Part shown: positions 40,584 through 54,949 of the stretch, piece after piece | Numbering within the stretch: position 1 is the first letter of the stretch | Layout: each line of letters begins with the position of its first letter | Source of the DNA: the human T2T-CHM13v2.0 reference genome, Homo sapiens | Strand: one strand, 5' to 3' | Assembly (NCBI RefSeq): GCF_009914755.1 | Contig: NC_060936.1 | DNA length: 64,000 nt | Translations under genes and position numbers: made by a program | Notes under the pieces: generated by a model | Seen by the model: the letters and a program-made list of their open reading frames with translations, nothing else | What the model was told of the DNA's origin: nothing | Databases searched by the model: none

Positions 40584-42411
40584 GTAAGAATACACCAAGT
40601 TATTTTGTAGAGGAAAATTGACTCTGTAGACATGCCTGCTACCCACATCCATGATGAGTGAGTTGGCTCTTTGTTCAAGTAAGAATATAAATTCAGGTTT
40701 TAGCATTGTAGGAGAATGACAGCTATTCCCTGTCACATGTGATGACTAAAGTTGTGAAGGGCACTTGTTAAAGACTATCTTAAAATATGGATATATGAGA
40801 ATCACAGTTTCATAAGATGGTATTATTCATCTGGATTTGGTAGATTCTATCTCTGTAATAATTTAGACACGAGTTACATGAACAGCCGTATTATTCAAGG
40901 CCCCACAGGAATGACTTGACTATTTGCTATGCCCTGTAATTCAATACTCTGTACTCAACTTTTAAATAGGCAAAAATATATATTGTTATTTGAACAGTGG
41001 TTCCCCACTTTGGTACAAACAAAAATGAAGACATTATGAACTGTACAGGCTGCTCCCTTAAATGTAGATCTACATAATATATGTCTCACTAAATTTATAT
41101 CCAAGAAATAATTTGCCCCTGCAGAGGAATTTGTATGTCTCTTATATCAAATATGAATATTACTTAGCTCAGTGTGATTCCTTTTTTGCCTTAGCTGCCA
41201 GAAAACTAAGCCAAATTGTGTGCCCAGCAGTAGAAATGAGGTCATATGAGAAATCTATTGGCATAAACTCTTCATGTTTCTCTAAGGCTTATCTATTCTT
41301 TTTTATTCTCTTATTGAATTTAACATAATTAAAAACTGTGTATTCCATATCTAAGTCATTTGAATGTAGGTGAGATTGAAATAAGCAAATAAACAATATA
41401 CATTTTAAAGAGCTATATTAGGCATTATGTCTCTCTATAAACATAAATTAGATTGAATACTATCTATCAATTAAAATTTCCTAATGTAATTCAACTATAG
41501 AATTCATATTTTCATATATTCACCTACTCATTCTTTCTAAAATATTTAATGAGTACATACATAAGACCTATTTAAGAAAGACTGTGTCAGATATTGTGGT
41601 GGGAAAGTAAAGTATAAAGATACTACGTAATCCTTTAAACTAAAACTCTAGTTGGACAGATGGCCATCTAAAATATAAGTAACAACAGGGTATACAACTA
41701 TCAGCAAAAGGCTTCAGGTGTTCCAGAAAATGAGAGCATTAATTCAATCAGCTCTACAAGGGTTCATTATTACGTAGTCCCCTTTGAGATTTATTCCTGA
41801 CAGTTTATCCTCCAATTAAGAGATTAGAATTCTACTGGTGTATGGTTTTATCTTTTCAGTATGTTTTAGAATTGTTCAAACAATAGAGCCAGTTAGGCCT
41901 AGGGCACCAGCCTTATCAACCTGACTTGAATTAAAAGCTCTCTTGAGAAACAAAAAAATAAGATTTTAGTTGTCAAAAAAGAAAAAAAAAAAGGAGCACA
42001 GCAGACTAACCAAACCAAATGGATTGAAAGGGGCTACTCAAGTTGAGGAAAACATAATATAGGACATTGGCTGTCAATAAGGGAGACTACAGATAGACTT
42101 CTATTTACTCGGCCATACAGTGCTTTAATCAGTGTGTAACAAACCATCTCAATACCCGGCAGCACATGATACAATATGCTTATATATGATGATGTTGTTT
42201 TATCAGATCCCATCACTAGAAACATAAAGAAGGTATTTTTCCCAGTCTTGCTCACCATAGTATCCCTAGTATCTAGAACAGTTCCAGACACATAGTTGAT
42301 AAATATTGTTCATGAAAAGAATAATTATATATTAAATGATTGATACAAAGAGTGAATGATGCAGCAGTCTAGAAGAAAAGATGATCTTTCTATGCTGCAG
42401 TGTTGTCTTAA

Positions 42412-42541
42412 CCCATTTATGCCTGAGGTTGCAATTTTTTGAATTTTTGCAATCAGACCTTGCCAATGACCTTGAGCAGCAGGATATAAATAACTCCCAC
42501 ATGCTTAGTGTTCCAATAATGGAACGCTAAGCTTAAATGGG
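42412..42541 (-). mobile_element. MER85 (piggyBac/PGBD3-derived MITE)
   Basis: TTAA|CCCATTTATGCCTGAGGTTGCAATTTTTTG...GTTCCAATAATGGAAC...AAATGGG. Confidence 0.95.
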
Positions 42542-42547
42542 CTATAA

Positions 42548-42978
42548 GTTAGATTCCCCTAAGACAGACAAGGATTTAAGTGCAATTATTTCTTTGGGAG
42601 ATGATCACAAAGGCACTGGTAAGGAGGTAGAGAAATAAGGTGAAGAAAAGAGGGAAGCCAATAAGGGGTATGTTATCTAATAGGTTCCCATGGCAGGTTA
42701 CCACTGTGAACAACTGGGGAACTGAGAAAGATGCTAAAATATAACTGAATTATTTTTTCAGAGAGATAAGAAAGATGGAGTATTTATCCTTCAACTTCCA
42801 TCCACCATTGGCTAAGGGTGCTGGGAATATTCACCACTTCCCAGGACTTCCTTCCTGGCCTACCTGGACTGATAGGCTTCCAGTAGAGTCAAAAGTGCTT
42901 GAACTGGAATGCAGTAAGCATCTACTGGAATGATAAATGCAAAGGAGATATGAGGAGGCATCAATAGTGTCTACTAAA
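42548..42978 (-). mobile_element. LTR16C/E-like ERVL LTR
   Basis: AGACAAGGATTTAAGTGCAATTATTTCTTTGGGAGATGATC; GGTTACCACTGTGAACAACTGGGG. Confidence 0.7.
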
Positions 42979-44879
42979 AATGTTAATAAAATAGAGTTAA
43001 AAGTTGCAGTTTCAATGAACTACTTGAGTCTCATTTAAAAATGAAAATGCAAATACATGGAAAGAAGAGGAAAACAAGACATAATACAAGTTAGACATAT
43101 ATAGGATACCAGGGAGAAAACTAAACCTAATGGAGTGGAGGACTGGTGGGAAATGAGATTTAAAGATTCCATAGCACAGGCATCATAAAATCACTGAGGA
43201 CTTTAGACTTTATCTTGTAAACAACAGGAGAACCCTAGAAGATTTTTGAATACAAGAATAATATGAATAAATAGTATAACATAATGATTAATTTTTCAGC
43301 TATGAGTAGGAAGAAATGGAACACTGAGGCCTTTAAGTCCTGACCAAATGATATTATAATTCTGGCTTGAAAAGCCTGGACTAGGGTGGTGGGAAACGAC
43401 AAAAAAGTAGATAGGTAATTGAGTACCATGTAATTCATCTGTGCAACAAAAACCACTGGTTCCCCAAAAGCTATTGAAATAAAAATTTAAAAACAATTTT
43501 AAAAGTTAAGAAGCCAATAAAACAAAAAATTAAAATTAAAAAAAAGTTTCCTGAAGGGAATAAAAGGTAAATAGGATGAAATGGATTATATAAACGAAGA
43601 CCAGGAAAGGAGCAGGAGCCCAAGGATGCGAGGATTCACATCAGTAGGTCACGGCAATTGTATTTTCTTAAATTACTCCTAAATTTTAACTTAACATTTA
43701 CATATTTTTATTTTTTAGAAATTTTACAAAATTTTTGCAAGTTGCCCCTGGTTCCAATATAATTTCAAAAAGTTGAAGTGCAGTTTTCTTGAATCTTTGT
43801 TGGCATAAATTTTTGCCAAAAACTAAGAGATGAATTTGACACCCAAAGGTTTTCACCAAATGACAGTTCAGGAAAGTGGCAGAAGATGTGCAGTGGATTC
43901 CAGAAGGTGCTTGAAGAGCGCATGCTGGGTACAAAGGCTTTGTTAAAGATGGCAAGTCTGAGCAACATATACAACTTCCCATTGAGTTAAAACTGAACCA
44001 GTTCTAGGAAGAGAAGCCAGGGGTCAAAAAGCAGTTATACGGATTTCATACATCTGCAACCAAAACAGGAATAACTTGTCATCAGGGGCCCTGAGGTAAT
44101 AGAAATAAAATGAATGCCCAGCACATTGTAAGGCAGAAAAATGAGTTGGGTTTCAGTAAATCAGGACACCCGTATCAGAGCTGGCTGGTGAAAGAGATTT
44201 GATGAGTTACTTTGACAGAGAAATCAGTGAGAAGATACCTAAGGCCCATGCCTTAACCCACATTTGGAACTTAACAGACGCATGTTATAAAAAGTTGGAC
44301 AATGTTTTTGTTTCACAAACTTTACTTGTACTATTTCTTCTAAATATTAGGCACAAATTTGGCAGGAGGTCATGTTTTATAAGTAGGAAACAAGTAAATA
44401 CACATTTTTAAAATAGTTATTTAAATTAAATTAATTAAATTTAATTAAATTAATATACACATATGGTTTAAGTCAAAAATACAAATGGAAAGTTTAGAGA
44501 AAAATGTTCTTCACATCCCAGTCTTTCCTTGACTCAGTTTTCTTCATTCCTGTCACACATCTATTAGTATTGTATATATCCTTCCAGATATTCTTTATTC
44601 ATCTATAAGTAAGTACAAATATGTATGTATTCTTGATAGTATTTTATTCACAGTGCTCTGAACTCTGCCTTTTACTTAATAGTGAATGTTTCGAAATATT
44701 TACATATTATTACGGAGACAAGTACCTCAAATTTTACAAATGAGTAATATTCTATAAATTTTATCATTTTTATTTTGCACAATTTTGGTTATTCCATATT
44801 TGCTTGCATGTATGAGAATGAAGTTATAGGATACATTCATAGAGGTGAGACTAATAAGCAAAAATATATACATTTAAGT

Positions 44880-46400
44880 AGAAGCTTAAAGAATTCAACA
44901 CAATCCCAATAAAAACACTAACAGGCTTCTTTTTTCTGATTTCTTTCTTTCTTTTTTTCTTCTTGTCTGTCTGTCTTTATTTTTCTTTCCTTCCTTCCTT
45001 TCTTGGTGTAGTCTTCCTTTCTTTTTATGGTAGTGGATGTACAAACAGTCTGATCCTACATTTCATATAGGCATACAAAAAAATCTTAGCCTGAACACAA
45101 AGAGCAATGAAGATGCTCCACTTCTACTAGATATTAAAACACACTGCAACATATAAATAGTAGTAATAGTCTGGTACTGGCACACAGAGATAAAAATATC
45201 AATGGGACAAAATAGAAATTCCAGAAGTAGATGCAAATTCACACAAAAACGTCATATATGACAAAATTTAGTATTTCAAATTAGTGAAGGAAGATGGACT
45301 ATTTTATAAAGTCTAATGGGACAATTAAGTAACCATCTGGAAAGAAAATACTATTGGGTCCACTATCTGACATGGTTACAGAAGGACTGATAGCACACTC
45401 AGATTCAGTAATATGAGGAATTTAATAAAGGGACTATTTATAAAGGTTTAGAGATATTGTGGGAAAAATCATACTGAGACAGTAGCAGAAGGATCCTCTT
45501 ACCATACATAGGCCTGAAGGGGAGAGAGTGCTAACACCAAGAGACAGAGAGGGATGTGTGAAAAGGGACATCAGACAACAGCTGTGACCTTAGGTTGAAA
45601 AACGCAGCCAGGCCACAGGGACCCCACAACAAGACAGTCCTCCTCCTCTCCCTCTGAACTCCTGCCACTCATCTCAATTGGCCAAATACAACTAGAAACC
45701 AGAAGGCAAGTGATATTCCCCCACAAGTTCGCTTCCTAGATTTGAGAAGAGAGTAGAAGAGATAAGGGTAGATATAGAACCAGTAGAAGATAGCACCTCA
45801 TGGTCTATACCAGAATAAATTCCAAATGGAACAATAAATCAAAATAAGGAACAATTATTTTATGATTCGGTTTGTGTAAAGTGTTTCTAACCATGACTGA
45901 TAATCTAGAGTTCATTTAAAATTGGTAAGCTTGACTGCATTAAAAAGAACATACTTCTGTATGGCAAAATCACTGTCATCAGAGCAGAAATACAGTGATA
46001 ACTTGGTGGAGGAGAAACTACATCTAATATCACAAAATGCTAAACAGCACAAAAAATTAATTTCAAAATACCAATAAAAAAATTGACAGAGTATATGAAC
46101 ATACAGCTCAGGAAAAAAATGCGTATGAAAATATATTCAACTTTATTCCCAATAAGATAGATGAAAATTACATCTTCTCAGAAACACCATTTTTTGTTTA
46201 ACAGACTGGCAAACATTGCAAACTTGGTGATACAATCTATTGTTTCATTGCTGGTAGGAGGGCATATGTGTAAAAATCCTCTGGAGGAAAATCTGGCAAT
46301 GTCTATAAAAATCGAAAATGGATACGTACTTTTCACCCTAATTTACCAATTAAAAATTTGTTTTATTGAATCCAAAAATTACATTCAAACATCAAGAAAC
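44880..46400 (+). mobile_element. Old L1M fragments with an ancient LTR inserted at about 45370-45790
   Basis: GTCTGGTACTGGCAC...CAATGGGACAAAATAGAAATTCCAGAA; LTR-like AATTTAATAAAGGGACTATTTA...ATTGGCCAAATACAACTAGAAACCAGAAGGCAAG. Confidence 0.6.
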
Positions 46401-47046
46401 AAAAAAATTCTGAGCCTCAAAGGAATGCTATATCAATTTCTTTCTCAGCCATGAAAGACAAAAAGCAAGAACAGATTTATTTTATATCCCCATATCATTT
46501 GGATGTTAGTAATTCTAAGTGTATAATTTTGGTAAATCACAATAATGACATAATGATTAAGAAAGCTGGTTCTGAAATACTTTTCTATATTGATTTCTTC
46601 CTATGTGCTTTTAGTCTATATATTCCTACTATTGATTCCTGAGGTGTGTCACATTTTTAGTTGAAGTATCTTGGAATTCTTAGATAGGATTATAAAACTC
46701 TTCATTTACTTTTGTAAATTAAGAGAACGTTGTCTCTCCTTGCTATTACATCAAGAAACATTAATTAAATACCTACACTGTGACAAGCACTGTGCAAAGT
46801 TCTGGGGTCACAAATATGAATAAGAAAGCAGCCTGTGTTGACCATTTAGACTACTAGGGAGATAAAAAAATGTTCTGGTTACCGGAGCTCTACATCAAGC
46901 CCATCCCAAAACTTACCGGCTCAAAGCAACAATATTTACTTGACTCACTAGTACAGAAATCAACATGCCCTACAAAGCCTATTTATTTATTTTTGGAGAG
47001 CTTGTTGTTAAACATTTAAGTACCACTGAATAGTTGGCACTAACTA

Positions 47047-47516
47047 AAGACAGTCTCCAAATTAAGAATTTTTTTTTACTTTATTATGTTTGAAAATGAT
47101 GCTCATTCAGTAGAAATCATACCCTGAATTTTAAATTTTGATATTTTTCTGGGATGGGCAGCAGAACTGAGCCCAAGATCCTAGTCAGCCATGCAATCAA
47201 GGGGTGAATAACTGATACTCTACAGCATTCTGTGTTGCCACCGTTTTTTGGATATTGTGTTTTGTGTTTTCGCATCCTATCATGTCTACAAAACACCCTT
47301 TATATACAATACTCAATACTTTATTGTAAAATATAGGTTTTGTGTTAGATGATTTTTCCCAACTAATGTATGTGTTCTGAGCACGTTTAAGGTAGGCTAG
47401 GCTAAGCTATGAAGTTTGGTAAGTTAAGCGTATCAAATGCCTTTCAAATTACGATATTTTCAATGTAACAATAGGTTTATTGGGATGTAAATTAATGTCA
47501 AATTGAGGAGCATCTG
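47047..47516 (-). mobile_element. MER47/Tigger5-family DNA transposon
   Basis: GTTCTGAGCACGTTTAAGGTAGGCTAGGCTAAGCTATG; ends GAGGAGCATCTG followed by TA. Confidence 0.85.
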
Positions 47517-48055
47517 TATTTAAAATGTGCAACTAAAAAATCACAGATGAAAAACTATAGATGACAAATGCAATTCTGAATTTTTCAAATGTTATTTGGA
47601 ATTGAGCAAAATCAATTGTATTGGCTTTTTGAAATGCTCTCACAAAGCCACCTCTTGTATACATCTCTTTTATTGTATTATTTATACACTGTGCAGTAAA
47701 TATGCACATGAAATATTTACACACACGTTTATTCAAAGTACCTATTATTCATTTTCTCCTTTTTCCTAGGTGTGCCAAGAAGGAAAACTAATAATATTTC
47801 CCTAGCTAATTTCATCTACCTCAGGTTATCTGGAGATTGTCATTTGGCTAGTTTTTGTTTTCAGTATTACAGATTTTAATTTTGCATTTCTGACTTTATA
47901 GGCTTTTATTGAGAAGAGGGAAGAAGTTGCATTGAGAGCTTCTACCCAGGTGTCATTTCACATGTTATATAAATAACAAGTCATTTTGCATCCATTTTAA
48001 ATTTAAGGAATGTTTTTAATAAGGCAAGCATATTGAATTTTAATTTAGATTCATA

Positions 48056-48411
<356 letters not shown>

Positions 48412-48714
48412 TAGATTCATATTTGGCATTAGTGAGTTTAGTCTGTACGTGCACAGAACTATTAGATATAAACCCATTAGGTCAGAAAAAGTAATGTTTT
48501 AGGGCAAATAAAGGGCTATACTGTTACACTCCTTTACATAAAGAAAGTAAGTGATTGAGTGATTCTACTGTGCAATATTTTGCATTATGGAGTGTTAGCA
48601 AGCAGGCTAAACTATAGCATTTAGTTATGGCAATAGTTTGCTGCAGGGTACAGAGCTGACACATTCATAGCTGTTCCTTGACTACTAGCTAGTCTAACCA
48701 GATAACACATTGTA

Positions 48715-48870
48715 TGGCTTAATTGGAGCACTCTTCTATGCTTTCATGTCTTTGCACATTTAATCCTCAGAATAACCCTATCAGGAAGGTGCTATTACCT
48801 TCGTTTGCAGATTAAAAAATTGAGACAAAGGAATGAAAATAAGCTTACCCAAGGTCACACAAATCAAAAA
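48715..48870 (-). mobile_element. MIR
   Basis: CATTTAATCCTCAGAATAACCCTAT...CCCAAGGTCACAC. Confidence 0.75.
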
Positions 48871-48895
48871 TAGCTGTATTAAAAGTAGATCACAG

Positions 48896-49182
48896 GGCCA
48901 GTTGTGGTGGCTCATGCCTGTAGTCCCAGCACATTGGGAGGCCGAGGCTGGTGGATCACTTGAGCCCAGGAGTTTGAGACAAGCCTGGGCAACATGGCGA
49001 AACCCTGCTTCTATAAAAAATACAAAGAAAAGGAGCCAGGCACGGTGGTGTGCACCTGTAGTCCCAGCTACTCGGGAGGCTGAGGCAGGCGGATCACCCG
49101 AGCCAGGGATGCAGAGGTGGCAGTGACACCCTGCACTCCAACCTGGGCAATAGAGTGAGACCCTGTTTCAAAAACAAATAAA
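48896..49182 (+). mobile_element. AluJ
   Basis: CACTTGAGCCCAGGAGTTTGAG; TSD AAAAGTAGATCACAG (48881-48895/49183-49197). Confidence 0.95.
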
Positions 49183-50178
49183 AAAAGTAGATCACAGGCA
49201 GCCTCTCTCTAGAGCCACATTCTCCATCCTTCTTGTCATGTGCAAACAGGGTCTAACCCAGAAGACAGTACCTGCTGAAAGTTGTTTTGGGTGTCCAAAT
49301 ATAACTGACTCCTCCATTTAAAATGAAAAACATGTTAAATTTTGTGGACTTCATAAAGATTACTATTGCAGGGTCAGCAAAGTTTAAATTTCTCCTTTTT
49401 TGGGTAAGTAATTTTGAGAGTAGCCAGGTTTGTATTGTTTAAATATTCCCAGAGATTTTTCTTTTTTAATCTTTCCTCTTTGAATGTTCTAGGGTAGTCA
49501 TACATTTGACAAACTCAATATTTAATTATTCTGAGAGCTAGAGTCACCATTTTCATTTCCCTAGCTCATAAGTTTTGAAACCTCCATATAAACATGCAGA
49601 AATCTTTGCCTGTTCCCTGAGATCTATGGGGTAAGATTGCTTAACCTGGCAGAATGAAAAAGGAGAAGAACCTTAAAGGCCACAGCAAGTAACTTCTAAA
49701 TGTAAAATCTATTTCCATAGTCACTTTTTCTCTTCTTTAAAGGTTAAGAAATTGCTTTTGTTGGATTACCTATTTAGTAGTTATAATAAGCTAAGCCTAT
49801 ATTGATTTTCTTTCTGAAATGATATATTATAGAATACTTCCCAGAGTTTGTAACATTTAATTTACACGCATCAATTTTATAAATCTAAAATTTAAAAAAA
49901 AGTTAAAATGAAACTAGAATAATGCCACCCTTACTACAAGATTACATATGTTTAACACTTCCATTGACAAGTCTTATGCTTCTCTTTACATATTTATACC
50001 TTTTTTCTTCTTCCTTATAACACTTCATGTTACTCAACAGCTATTCACTGACAAATACTATGTACCAGGGACCGTGCTTGGGGCTGGGATAAGAGGGTGA
50101 GAACCCTTATCTGCTTCGAAAGATTTCATGTACTCACAGAAGGTACACACAAGTAAATATTTAATTACAATACCCAAC

Positions 50179-51066
50179 TATGGTTGGCAAACTAAAGGCT
50201 GGCCACAGACATCTATGTACTAATATCTGGAAGTTGTGAATATATGAGGTTATATGCACAAGAGGAAATAAGATTGTAAATAGTATTAAGTTTGCTAATA
50301 AACTGACCTTAAAATAGAGAGAATAGCCAGGATTATCCATATGGGTCCAGTGTAATCACAAGGGCCTTAAGGCGGGGGAAGGAGGCCACAGATAACCGTC
50401 AGAGGAAGACGTGACCGAAAAAGGCATGCAGAGATGCAAAGATGGAGGAAAGGCGCCTGAATCCAAAGAATCAGAATGACCTTGATATGGTTAGGCCTTG
50501 TGTTCCCACCCAAATCTCCTCTCCAATTGTAATTTGAATTGTAATCCCCCTGTGTGGAGGGAGGGACCTGGTGAGAAGTGATTGGATCATGGGAGCCCAC
50601 TTCCCTCATACTGTTCTCTCGTTAGTGAGTGAGTTCTGACGAGATCTGGTTGTTTGATAAGTGTCTGGTGCTTTTCCCTTCTCGCTCTTTTTTCCTGCCG
50701 CCTTGTGAAGAAGGTACTTGCTTCCCCATCGCCTTCACTATGACTGTAAATTCCCTGAGGCCTCCCCAGCCATGCAGAACTGTACGTTAATTAAACCTCT
50801 TTTGTTTGTAAATTACCCAGTCTCAGGTAACATCTGTATAGCAGTGTGAAAACGGACTAATACAGACCTCTAGAAGCTGAAAAAAACAAGGAAACAGATT
50901 TTTTCCTAGCACCTCCAGAATGGAACACAGTCCTGCTGACACCTAGATTTTAGCCCATTGAGATTAGTGTAGGACCTCCATCCTACACAACTATGAAATA
51001 ATAAATTTCTGTGTCAAGCTGCTAATGTGTGGTGATTCGTTACAGCAGCAATAGGAAATTAATGCA
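50179..51066 (+). mobile_element. MLT1D-like LTR split by THE1D
   Basis: GCTAATAAACTGACCTTAAAATAGAGAG...GGATTATCC; resumes CTAGAAGCTGAAAA...CAGCAGCAATAGGAAA. Confidence 0.85.
50483..50864 (+). mobile_element. THE1D-like solo LTR
   Basis: TGATATGGTT...GGACTAATACA; perfect TSD GACCT. Confidence 0.92.
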
Positions 51067-52241
51067 TCACTGAACAATGCTAAAACAGAGGAACCTCATA
51101 TAATGCTAAAGGAGGCCAGAGGGGATATCTTAGCCTGGAGTGAAAAAGTGTGTGCCCCAACAAAAGAATACAATAAAGATCAGAGTTTTCAAATGTTCCT
51201 CTCCCTGGTCTTCAAAATGTCAAGACAATCTTATGGAGGTACTTGTTGGATTGTTGTAGATTTAAAAAGAAGCAGGAGAGCCAGAGCCAGAAGCCTTCAG
51301 AAATATTTTCTTCTTTGGGGGGGATCCATTTATTGTGAGATAATGGTAAAGTATGTTAGGAAATTAGATCCCATTGGTGAAAAATGGTTTTAATAGTGAA
51401 AGGATGAATGGGAAAGGTATTTTTTCTTTCCATTCAGTTAAATAAGAACAAGTACAATCTGGTTAGACATTTTAATTTTCTATATAGGGGTAATATTTGA
51501 CTTTGTGTTATTTGTAACTATATATTATTGGGGCCTTAGACAAACATTAAATTTCACAACACTGCCAATTCCATGCATATAGGTACAGGTACGTGTGACA
51601 CAAAACTAAATCAGAGACATCTTAAAAAAATTAAAAACAGGAGAACCAGCACTGCAGCAGCCTGGCCTATGGCATACATACCCACAGTAAGTTACAGATT
51701 ACTCATTGATATTACAGAGAAAGTAAACTGCAATCATGTTTATCACTGGTGCACACCACAGTGATGAAGTAACATTTTTTGTATTTGATCAGTCACAACT
51801 ATTGGATATCAACTACATTCCTGGTATAATAAGGCTTTTAAAAACATAAACATGATAAATAATGGTGAAACAGAGATATCTCCCCCATCCCTTTCTCCTG
51901 AAGTGAGAGCACTATTCGAAGAACAAACAGAGTAATTCCTGAGACACGGCTCTCTCAGCACCTCAAAGAAAATCTCCCAGAATGAGCTAAAGGACAAAAT
52001 TGTAAAATGGTTCCCAGATGTCAGTCTGTAGAATTCAGGCAGGCTATGATTCAAGTGTCTATGCAGGAAAACCGTGAGAGACTTCATGCAAGTAAAAAGA
52101 AAGTAGCTACGAGATTGCTAGAGAATTAATGGTGACAACTATAATTTTATAATGACCTGTAGTTAACTCTCAAGAATGTCATTTAGGGAATCCTGTGAAT
52201 AAAGATTTCTCCATAAATTCCCTGTTGAATTCCCATCTCCT

Positions 52242-52550
52242 GGTTCAGGCATGGTGGCTCATGCTTGTAATCTCAGCAATTGGGAGTCTGAAGTGTACAG
52301 ATCACTTGAGCCCTATAGTTTGAGACCAGCCTAGCGAACACAGGGAGAACCTGCCTCTTCAAAAAATTTTGAAAAAATTTAAAAATGAGCTGGGCGTGGT
52401 GGCATGTACCTGTAGTCCCAGCTACTCAGGAGGCTGAGGTGGGAGAATCACTTGAGTCGGGGAGGTGGAGACTGCAGTGAGCTGTGATTGCTGCCACTGC
52501 ACTCCAGCCTGGGTTACAGATCGAGACCTTGTCTCAAACAAACAAACAAA
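52242..52550 (+). mobile_element. AluJ (Jo/Jr-like)
   Basis: Diverged dimer with a (CAAA)n tail; TSD AATTC[C/T]CATCTCCT. Confidence 0.93.
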
Positions 52551-53114
52551 AATTCTCATCTCCTCCCCCAGATAAATATATTTTTGAGAGGAGTGATCTC
52601 AGGTGCGATTTTCCAATGGATCTTAAGCATCAAGTGTATAATACCTGTCACATAATAGATGTTTAATCAGTGTTCATCAAATACATAATTATTTAAATTT
52701 TTTTGACAAATATTTAATGACATTGAAAATTCTTCACAGTGAAAGAATAGGTGAAAAAAAAGAAAAACAGTATTTGGATACTCCGTGATCCCAATTATGT
52801 TAACACACATGCATAGCAAACAGACTAAAGGGAAAAACTGAAAATGTTAACTGCAAATATTTCTGAGTGGTGGGTTAGTGAGTATTTTATATTGTCTCTT
52901 TTTACTTTGTTTTTCACAGTCTTGAAAACAAGTATGTATTACTTTTACAACTAAAATTTCTAGAGTCATGCGGGTTAAAAAGTAATTACTTCTCACAAGA
53001 GCCATGTCATTTTCTTAGAATCACTTACATTAATATTATGAAGTTTGGACTTTCTACACTAATGTGATTTCCAGCACATTTTCTGTATAGGAGACTAAAA
53101 ACCACTAGAGTTTA

Positions 53115-53490
53115 GAAAACAGCTTTATTGAGATATCATTGATATAAAAATAATATACCTACAATGTATACAACTTAATATTTTGATATATGTACACATG
53201 GAGCATAGTTGCTAGAGGCTGACGGGAGGGAGAAATGGAGTGATGTTGATAAAAAGTACAAAGTTTCTATCATGCAAATGAATAAATTCTGGAGATCTAA
53301 TGTACAGTGTGGTGACGATAGTTAACAATACTGTGTTTTATGCTTGAAATTTGCTAAGAAGATAGGTCTTAAATTTAATCTTCTCCACACACACACACAC
53401 CCCCACACAATGGTAACTATGTAGAAGTGATGGATATGTTAATTAGTTTAATTGTAGCGATAATTTTATAATGTATACACATATTGAAAA
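53115..53490 (-). mobile_element. Short L1MA-type 3' end with a 5' inversion
   Basis: Antisense terminus CAGCTTTATTGAG (53120-53198), then opposite-strand 3'UTR (53200-53490); TSD CACTAG[A/G]GTTTA. Confidence 0.85.
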
Positions 53491-54232
53491 CACTAGGGTT
53501 TATAGAATGGGATAAGCAACCTCTTTTGCGTCCTATTTTCTTTTCCTTGTTCAAGGTTCTGAACTGACACTAAAAACACACTTGTATTTCTATAGATTCA
53601 AGGATTCCATATACGGTTCTACAATCAGGTGAGAAAATTTGCATATAGTTTGTAGCAATTTCGTGAGTAATATAGTCCTGAGAAGGCATTCATTCATTCA
53701 CTTATTTACTCATTCAGTCATTGATTTATGGACATAAAATAATGCACCCTCAGTCCTGAACAGTGATGATTCTATAGCTGAAAAATGATTCTATTCCATC
53801 ACTGATCCAGATTCTCATATAAACTTGGTCCAGGTTTTCAATATTTTTGGCTTAAATAATTCAGTTGGTTTCCTGACTGTTCTCCCTGTCACCTGATTCT
53901 CTCATTCGAATCTATGATTTATTGTATTTTCTGAAGCATTTTTTAAAGCACAAATTCATTACATGGCATGTTATAGAGAAATTATGACTTTGGGGGCCAG
54001 AAACCTGGATTAGAGGCTGATTCTTCTAATTACTTTATTGGTCATCAGTGTTATCTTTGAAGTCATATGGTCTCTGGTTTTCAAATCCTGTCTCTGATTC
54101 TTGCTAGCTCTGTGTCCTTGCACAAGTTATTTAAGGCCTCTTTCCTTCTCTATAAAATAGGGCTAATCATACCTACCTCACAGTATTAGGTGACATAATG
54201 AATGAAAACTTTTGGGCTCATTACTCATCAAC

Positions 54233-54712
54233 TATATGAGTTCCCTATGGCTGTTGTCACAAATTACCACAAACTTGGTATCTGAAAACAACAGAATTTT
54301 ATTTTCTCACAGATCTGGAGACCAGAAATCAAAATCAGTTTCACGGGGCCAAAAACAAGGTGTCAGTTGTACCATGTTCTCACTGAAGGTTCTAGGGGAG
54401 AATATATTCCTTCCCTCTCTCAGTTTTCAGCGGCTGCTTGCATTCCTTGGCTTGTGCCTGCATCACTTCAGTCTCTCCCTGCATGGTCACATTGCCTTTT
54501 CCTCTTTTGTCTGAAATTTCCCTCCACCTGCTTCTTAAAGGACATTTGCGATTGCATTGAATTCCTCCCTCCCTAAATAATCCAAGACAATCTGCCCATC
54601 TCAAGATCTTTAACTTAATGACAACTGCAAAATCTTTTTCATAAAATGTAATATTCATAGGTTCCAAGTATTAGAGCATGAACATGGGGGGGGTAATTAT
54701 TCAGTCTACCAA
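54233..54712 (-). mobile_element. MLT1C-like LTR
   Basis: CAAATTACCACAAACTTGG...TCTAGGGGAGAAT...CATCTCAAGATCTTTAACTTAAT. Confidence 0.88.
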
Positions 54713-54949
54713 AAGACTCTAGCTTATAATAAGTTCCAATGTTAATTATTATTTACATCATGAGACTGTGGGCTACTTTCTTAATTTTCGTGTTTCCTTG
54801 TTAGTAACAGGAGAATAATGGTATGATGATATCTATCCCAATACCCCAATAATGTATAAAAACTGCTAATAATTGATTAGTACATATATTTTCCCTTTCC
54901 CTTACACATTTTAGTGTGTTTTGTTGAGGGTGAGGAGCAACAAAACACT

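Noticed and set aside
51809-52087. ORF in unique sequence (also 43698-43982 and 29372-29692)
   Set aside because: About 90-105 codons with no recognisable domain; expected by chance in 64 kb read in six frames.
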